Shown here in pieces: positions 54,733 to 59,455 of a stretch of 59,455 nt of DNA (position 1 is its first letter; each line of letters begins with the position of its first letter). The notes under the pieces are model-generated. The model was given only the letters and a program-made list of their open reading frames with translations, ran no database searches and was not told the DNA's origin. The DNA comes from an uncultured Chitinophaga sp. GTDB lineage: Bacteria; Bacteroidota; Bacteroidia; UKL13-3. The DNA is taken from NCBI GenBank assembly GCA_964443415.1, contig CAYUDC010000005.1:1-59455 (forward strand), written 5' to 3'. Position numbers and translations under genes: made by a program.

Positions 54733-55299
54733 TTAGAACAAATTATTTTCTATGTGATCGATAAGTGCATGAATGCATTTGATATGAATTTCTTGGGCTC
54801 TATCTGCGTATGGAGAATGTGGAGCGCGAATTTCTACATCGCAGATACCGGCCATTTTGCCGCCATCTTTTCCGGTGAGGCCGACTACTTTAATCCCGAT
54901 TTTTTTGGCCGCCGCGATGGCATTTAATACATTTTTGCTATTTCCACTGGTGGATATTGCCAATAACACATCACCTTGTCTGCCTACAGCCTCTAAGTAT
55001 CTGCTGAATATAAAATCATAACCATAATCGTTGCCAACGCATGCAATGTGGCTGGCATCGCTTATAGAAATGGCACCGATAGCGGGTCTATCGTTGCGGT
55101 ATTTTCCTGTAAGTTCTTCGGCAAAATGCATGGCATCGCACATGCTACCACCATTGCCACAACTCAGTATTTTACCTCCATTTTTGATGGCTTGAACCAT
55201 TAAATTTCCAGCAGCTTCAATTTTATCGAAATTAGAATCATCTGATAAAAACGAAGCGAGAATAGATTGAGCTTCTAAAAAATGCTGTTTGCTGCTCAT
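54733..55299 (-). CDS. gmhA: SIS-domain phosphoheptose isomerase (D-sedoheptulose-7-phosphate isomerase)
   Basis: 188 aa. [35 protein letters not shown] and [14 protein letters not shown] match GmhA/DiaA-type SIS proteins. Confidence 0.8.
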   Translation of the reverse strand: MSSKQHFLEAQSILASFLSDDSNFDKIEAAGNLMVQAIKNGGKILSCGNGGSMCDAMHFAEELTGKYRNDRPAIGAISISDASHIACVGNDYGYDFIFSRYLEAVGRQGDVLLAISTSGNSKNVLNAIAAAKKIGIKVVGLTGKDGGKMAGICDVEIRAPHSPYADRAQEIHIKCIHALIDHIENNLF

Positions 55300-55301
55300 A
55301 A

Positions 55302-57383
55302 TTACTTTGTATTAAAGGCGGCCTTGCCGGCATCTAGGAAGTTTACAAAATTTTGCACGTTTAGGTCGTATGCTTTTGGTTCAACCAAAGTTTTTTCATT
55401 TTGATTGATGATCACGTAGTATGGTTGAGCGTTTGCATTGTACTTCGAAATTTGTAAATCGGCATTTTGCTTACCAATGGTTTTCTTCTCCTTGTTATCT
55501 CTAGTACTTACATACCATTCTTCTTGAGGAAGCTCAGTTTTATCGTCTACGTAAAGGGCTAGCACCACAAAGTCTTCTTGTAATCTTTTAAGAACGGCAG
55601 GATCACTCCAAACGTTTGCTTCCATTTCTCGGCAATTAACACAGCCATGTCCTGTAAAATCAATGAATATTGGCTTGTTAACTTTCTTAGAGTAGGCGAG
55701 AGCTTCTTTGTAGTCGTAAAATCCATTAAGTTCATGGGGTAATGGTTTAAACACGTCATCAAATCTCACTTTTTCTGGAAAATCGCTGCTTTTTTGGCTA
55801 GTATGTGAGCTCCTTTTGCTAAGATCAAAATCTAATGTTTCTTGAGGAGGCAAATAACCGCTAATGGCTTTAAGTGGTGCGCCAAACAATCCTGGGAAGA
55901 GGTATAATACAAAAGTGAAAGTTGCAATGGCTAAGAATAATCTTGGAACGCTAATAGAGGTAACTTCGTCGTCGTGGGCAAAGCGAAGCTTGCCAAGCAA
56001 ATATAAACCGAGTAGGAAGAAGACAACAATCCAAATGGCAATGTAAATTTCTCTATCTAGTAATCCCCAATGGTAGGTTTGATCTGGAATAGAGAGAAAT
56101 TTAAAGGCAAGTGCGAGCTCTAAAAATCCAAGTACAACTTTTACTGAATTTAGCCACCCTCCAGATTTAGGAAGGTTTTGAAGCCAAGAAGGGAAAATGG
56201 CAAACAAGGTAAAGGGTGCTGCTAAACCAGCACCAAAAGCCGCCATTCCTAAAGCCGGCTTTAAAAACTGTCCTCCAACAGCTTCAATTAGAAGGGAACC
56301 AACGATGGGTCCTGTGCAGCTAAATGAAACCAAAACCAAGGTAAATGCCATAAAGAACACTCCAATAAAAGAACCCATAGAACTTTTGCTGTCTACTTGG
56401 TTAACAAATTGGTGAGGCAAGGTAATCTCGAACATGCCAAGAAAACTGGCGGCAAAAACAATAAAAATTACAAAGAATAGGATGTTTGGTAGCCAATGTG
56501 TGCTGAGTGCATTTCCAAAGTCTTCACCCAAACCAAAAACTCCAAAAATTACACCAAGTGAGGCATAAATTCCTACAATACTTAGCCCAAAGCCAAAAGC
56601 TCTTTTTAAGGCCAAACTTCTTGTCTCGCTGCGTTTTGTAAAGAAAGTAACTGTCATTGGGAGCATAGGAAAAACACAGGGAGTAACTACTGCAACAAGG
56701 CCCCCCAAGAAGGCGAAGATTAGAAAGGCTAGCATAGATTTTTGATCGCCTCCACTTACCGAGCCGGTGTGGGTAGAAACCTTTTCATTGGATTGAACAG
56801 CAGCTTTTGGAGCAGTGTCTGCTGCTTGACTTATCACATTTACGCTTGCAGAATCTACAGCAGGTTCTTTGGTTGGCGTGGCAGTTGTAGCGCCTTTGTC
56901 GTCAAGTACTTTAATGTTTTTAATCACAATTTCGTCGTCGAACAGCACACACATTCCTGTGATTTGCGAGCATTCTTGAAATTCAAGTGCTACTTTGATG
57001 ACAGGGTTTGCTTTTAGGATTTTAACCTTTTGTCTAAATTCTGCTTTACCGGTAAATGTGGAAACCTCTCCTTCAAAAACCTCATCAAAATGTTTGTGGT
57101 TTCCAACCGGTCTAAGTTTGCCCACCAATTGATAGCTTGGGTGTTTTTCAAAATCAAAACGAGCAACAGTAGGCCCAACAGACTCGCTAAAGTCTGATGA
57201 GTACATGTACCAATCTTTTTGAATTTTGCTGGTGAAAATTAACTCGATTTCTTCTCCAATTTTAACCTCACTTTTGGATGTTTTAGTTTCCCATGTTGGC
57301 TTTTGTTGAAGCTGAGCTTTAAGAAATAGTGGAGCCAAACCAAGCAACAAAAAGGGAACAAGTAGGATTTTTATTCTTAACAT
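55302..57383 (-). CDS. dsbD: Thiol:disulfide interchange protein DsbD (N-terminal domain, membrane core and C-terminal thioredoxin domain)
   Basis: 693 aa. TM-core cysteines in [10 protein letters not shown] and [11 protein letters not shown]-terminal thioredoxin motif [11 protein letters not shown]. Confidence 0.88.
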   Translation of the reverse strand: MLRIKILLVPFLLLGLAPLFLKAQLQQKPTWETKTSKSEVKIGEEIELIFTSKIQKDWYMYSSDFSESVGPTVARFDFEKHPSYQLVGKLRPVGNHKHFDEVFEGEVSTFTGKAEFRQKVKILKANPVIKVALEFQECSQITGMCVLFDDEIVIKNIKVLDDKGATTATPTKEPAVDSASVNVISQAADTAPKAAVQSNEKVSTHTGSVSGGDQKSMLAFLIFAFLGGLVAVVTPCVFPMLPMTVTFFTKRSETRSLALKRAFGFGLSIVGIYASLGVIFGVFGLGEDFGNALSTHWLPNILFFVIFIVFAASFLGMFEITLPHQFVNQVDSKSSMGSFIGVFFMAFTLVLVSFSCTGPIVGSLLIEAVGGQFLKPALGMAAFGAGLAAPFTLFAIFPSWLQNLPKSGGWLNSVKVVLGFLELALAFKFLSIPDQTYHWGLLDREIYIAIWIVVFFLLGLYLLGKLRFAHDDEVTSISVPRLFLAIATFTFVLYLFPGLFGAPLKAISGYLPPQETLDFDLSKRSSHTSQKSSDFPEKVRFDDVFKPLPHELNGFYDYKEALAYSKKVNKPIFIDFTGHGCVNCREMEANVWSDPAVLKRLQEDFVVLALYVDDKTELPQEEWYVSTRDNKEKKTIGKQNADLQISKYNANAQPYYVIINQNEKTLVEPKAYDLNVQNFVNFLDAGKAAFNTK

Positions 57384-57495
57384 AAGTTTTTGATATGTAA
57401 CGTAAGCGTTTAACCTTTGGTAGCGGCTTCGTACTTTAAAATTTCATAATATATACAAGCAACAAATTTATATAATAAAGGCAGTAAAGCAATAC

Positions 57496-59223
57496 TTAAG
57501 GATTTGAAGGACTTATTTGAATTTTTATGTCTTTTAATGAATCATTTGGTGGCAAATGGTAGACTACCAAGTAGCAAATGGCAGCGTTTAGTTTTTTGGT
57601 GGGTTTTGGTTTGAACCAATAATCGCCTGTTTGAAACTTTCCGGGTTTACCATTACAAAACTGTAAAAGCTGCTTTTGTTCCCAGAATAATTTTTCTTGT
57701 GTTAATGTATCAATGGCAAATAAGGCTATTTGACCCTGATATTCGTGAGGGAAATGGTGGTTAAGTGAAATACGGTACTCTGCGCCATTTTCTAGCGCTT
57801 TAAATTTAAAGCCAGCCAATTTAAGAATAGTATCTGAAGGAACGCCCTTGCTATAGTAAGAAATGGTTTGATGTGGTTGAAAACTATTTGATGTGGCTTC
57901 CCCCTTTTTTTCTTTCCAAACCCAACCCATGTAAGGGTTTGAAGTACGCAAGAACACACGCCAATACTTTTCTTTATTCATTTGGTCCCAATGAAGAATA
58001 TAATGCTGGTACTGCCAGGTTTGAATTAGATTTACAGTGATAGTGATAAGAAGCACTATTGAAAAAGCTAGTTTCTGTGGAAACTTAGGCTTTTGAGTAA
58101 ATAATTTGATTGGCAGGATTAATATAGGCAAATATTCTAGGTATACCCTTTGCCCATACGAACTGCCATAAAACCAGCACCACCAGCTGCTAAATACATA
58201 GGTAATGAAGGTAAAATAAAAAAGGAAGTAGGCCTTGAAAAAAGTGTTTTTTGTTGGGTTTAAGAAAACAGTGGTACCTATTAAAATAGCTAGAATTGGA
58301 CAGTACACAAAAAGCCCCTTTTGGTAACTAAAAAGGATATTTAATAATTGAGGATTAAGAAAATCGAATGTTTCATGTTGGTAGCTATAAACATAGATAT
58401 ATCCTGTTTGTAAATACCATAGGCACATTTGCAGCATAATTGGAGCCAAGAATAAAAAAACGGCGATGGTGAATGGTTTGGCATTTGTTTTTATAAAATC
58501 AATTACTCTAAATAAGCCTTGTAAATCTATTATCAGTGGCAAAGCCAAGCAAACTAAAAAATTAACAGGTCTAAGTATCGTAATTAGTCCCAATGCAAGA
58601 CCTGCCAACCAAAGGTGTTTTATGTAAAGGTGTTTAGTGAATAGTTTGATATTAAGCAAAAACAATGAAATCAATGCAAAAGAAAACACATGACTATAGC
58701 TGGCGTCGAACCAGGCATAATTTGTAAATGGGGTGGAAAACAGAATAGAAATTTGAGCACAGACTATATAGAAATCTCTTACGCGGTATTGACATAGAAT
58801 TTTTCGAACAGCGATTAGCCCAACGAATAAACACAACAAAGCACCAACTAACACCATTACTTGGTATGGAAATTCATATCCTGTGTCTGAAAACCCTAAG
58901 ACGCTCCTGCACAAGTGAAGCGGCAAGAATAAAGGAAGTAATATTGTGGCAGTACCGCAGTAATATTTATTAACCAATCCATTTCTATAGGCTTTATAAT
59001 AAGGCTTGTCATTCAAGGCTGGATAAAAAATGGTGGTGGTATCAGAGATTGTTTGATGTCTTACAAGATCCTTTCTAATAAAAACAGATGGAAGATAATC
59101 ATAATATCCTTCGCCATCTGAGTGGATATAATCTAATCGCTGATTGAAATTTAACAGCATTACACAGGTAAACACAAAGAGTAGCAATACTTCTCTTAAA
59201 GCATGGTTTCCGATAGGTTTCAT
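57496..59223 (-). CDS. Polytopic membrane protein, possible GT-C-fold glycosyltransferase, with a C-terminal soluble domain
   Basis: 575 aa with at least 11 hydrophobic helices. The first loop HSDGEGYYDYLPS is acidic and aromatic, as in ArnT/PMT-type enzymes. Soluble C-terminal region of about 170 aa. Confidence 0.4.
   Translation of the reverse strand: MKPIGNHALREVLLLFVFTCVMLLNFNQRLDYIHSDGEGYYDYLPSVFIRKDLVRHQTISDTTTIFYPALNDKPYYKAYRNGLVNKYYCGTATILLPLFLPLHLCRSVLGFSDTGYEFPYQVMVLVGALLCLFVGLIAVRKILCQYRVRDFYIVCAQISILFSTPFTNYAWFDASYSHVFSFALISLFLLNIKLFTKHLYIKHLWLAGLALGLITILRPVNFLVCLALPLIIDLQGLFRVIDFIKTNAKPFTIAVFLFLAPIMLQMCLWYLQTGYIYVYSYQHETFDFLNPQLLNILFSYQKGLFVYCPILAILIGTTVFLNPTKNTFFKAYFLFYFTFITYVFSSWWCWFYGSSYGQRVYLEYLPILILPIKLFTQKPKFPQKLAFSIVLLITITVNLIQTWQYQHYILHWDQMNKEKYWRVFLRTSNPYMGWVWKEKKGEATSNSFQPHQTISYYSKGVPSDTILKLAGFKFKALENGAEYRISLNHHFPHEYQGQIALFAIDTLTQEKLFWEQKQLLQFCNGKPGKFQTGDYWFKPKPTKKLNAAICYLVVYHLPPNDSLKDIKIQISPSNP
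57605..57617 (+). repeat. One-mismatch copy (TTTGGTTTGAACC)
   Basis: Read directly from the sequence. Inside the membrane-protein gene 57496-59223 (WFKP on the coding strand). Confidence 0.9.
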
Positions 59224-59348
59224 TGCAGGCTGGCTATAGGTTTAGGTTAACGCAAAATTATTTGTTTGCTTATTAAAATATACAAACAAATAATAATGTG
59301 AGAAAAAGCCTTCAGGCTACTTTTAATACATTCTTATCTTTGTTGTAA

Positions 59349-59455
59349 GTGATAAATCGAATTCAACATATTTTCTTCGGCTTCCTATTTCCTTTAGCAT
59401 TGTTGGGTCAAACCGATACTAACGCCGTTAAACCTGTGCTAGCACCAAAGCAAAC
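59349..59455 (+). CDS. 5' end of a secreted-protein gene (continues beyond the window)
   Basis: GTG at 59349 follows an in-frame TAA. It encodes (M)INRIQHIFFGFLFPLALLGQTDTN, a signal-peptide-like N-terminus. A TATCTTTG -7 box at 59335-59342 sits just upstream. Confidence 0.35.
   Translation, partial: MINRIQHIFFGFLFPLALLGQTDTNAVKPVLAPKQ

Noticed and set aside
1-59455. I scanned for CRISPR arrays, rRNA/tRNA genes, IS elements, integrases, phage genes, toxin-antitoxin pairs and recognisable defence systems.
   Set aside because: There are no regularly spaced direct repeats. No ORF has transposase, integrase, recombinase or phage motifs. No intergenic region has tRNA-like structure. Apart from the short 13-mer motif, the window contains no repeat family that I could see.

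Overview
This looks like a compact, low-GC chromosomal segment from a Bacteroidota-type genome. The evidence is TAnnTTTG-type -7 promoter boxes close to start codons, TonB-dependent receptors with carboxypeptidase-regulatory-like N-termini, a DUF4249 partner lipoprotein, a T9SS type-B sorting domain and RRM-type RNA-binding proteins. I call about 50 CDS, almost all housekeeping: rpsT, radC, carB, icd, purQ, mutL, gatA, tatA, an rluB-like gene, an M16 peptidase pair, ybeY, mnmG, pheS, pyrF, gmhA and dsbD, plus transporters and outer-membrane proteins. I found no rRNA, tRNA, CRISPR array, transposase, integrase or phage gene. One cis-regulatory RNA is clear: a TPP (THI-box) riboswitch at about 9806-9893 on the minus strand, directly upstream of a TonB-dependent receptor. 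The supplied ORF for that receptor wrongly runs through it. I do not see a clear new multi-gene system such as a defence, secretion or biosynthetic cluster. The most unusual signal is at the DNA level. The motif TTCGGTTTGAACC(R)A occurs 6 times exactly, and about 7 more times as near or core copies. The copies lie in unrelated genes, in all reading frames and on both strands, which resembles an uptake-signal or architectural motif. Secondary leads are listed below.
- An AT-rich gtrA / two acyltransferases / ArnC-like GT2 cluster (1070-3938), with two candidate orphan GT-C membrane proteins elsewhere in the window.
- A 442-nt AT-rich ORF-free spacer upstream of pheS, carrying repeats and DnaA-box-like 9-mers.
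- A deoxyhypusine-synthase-like gene.
- Several domain fusions and extensions.
All functional calls rest on by-eye motif recognition. No database search was run.
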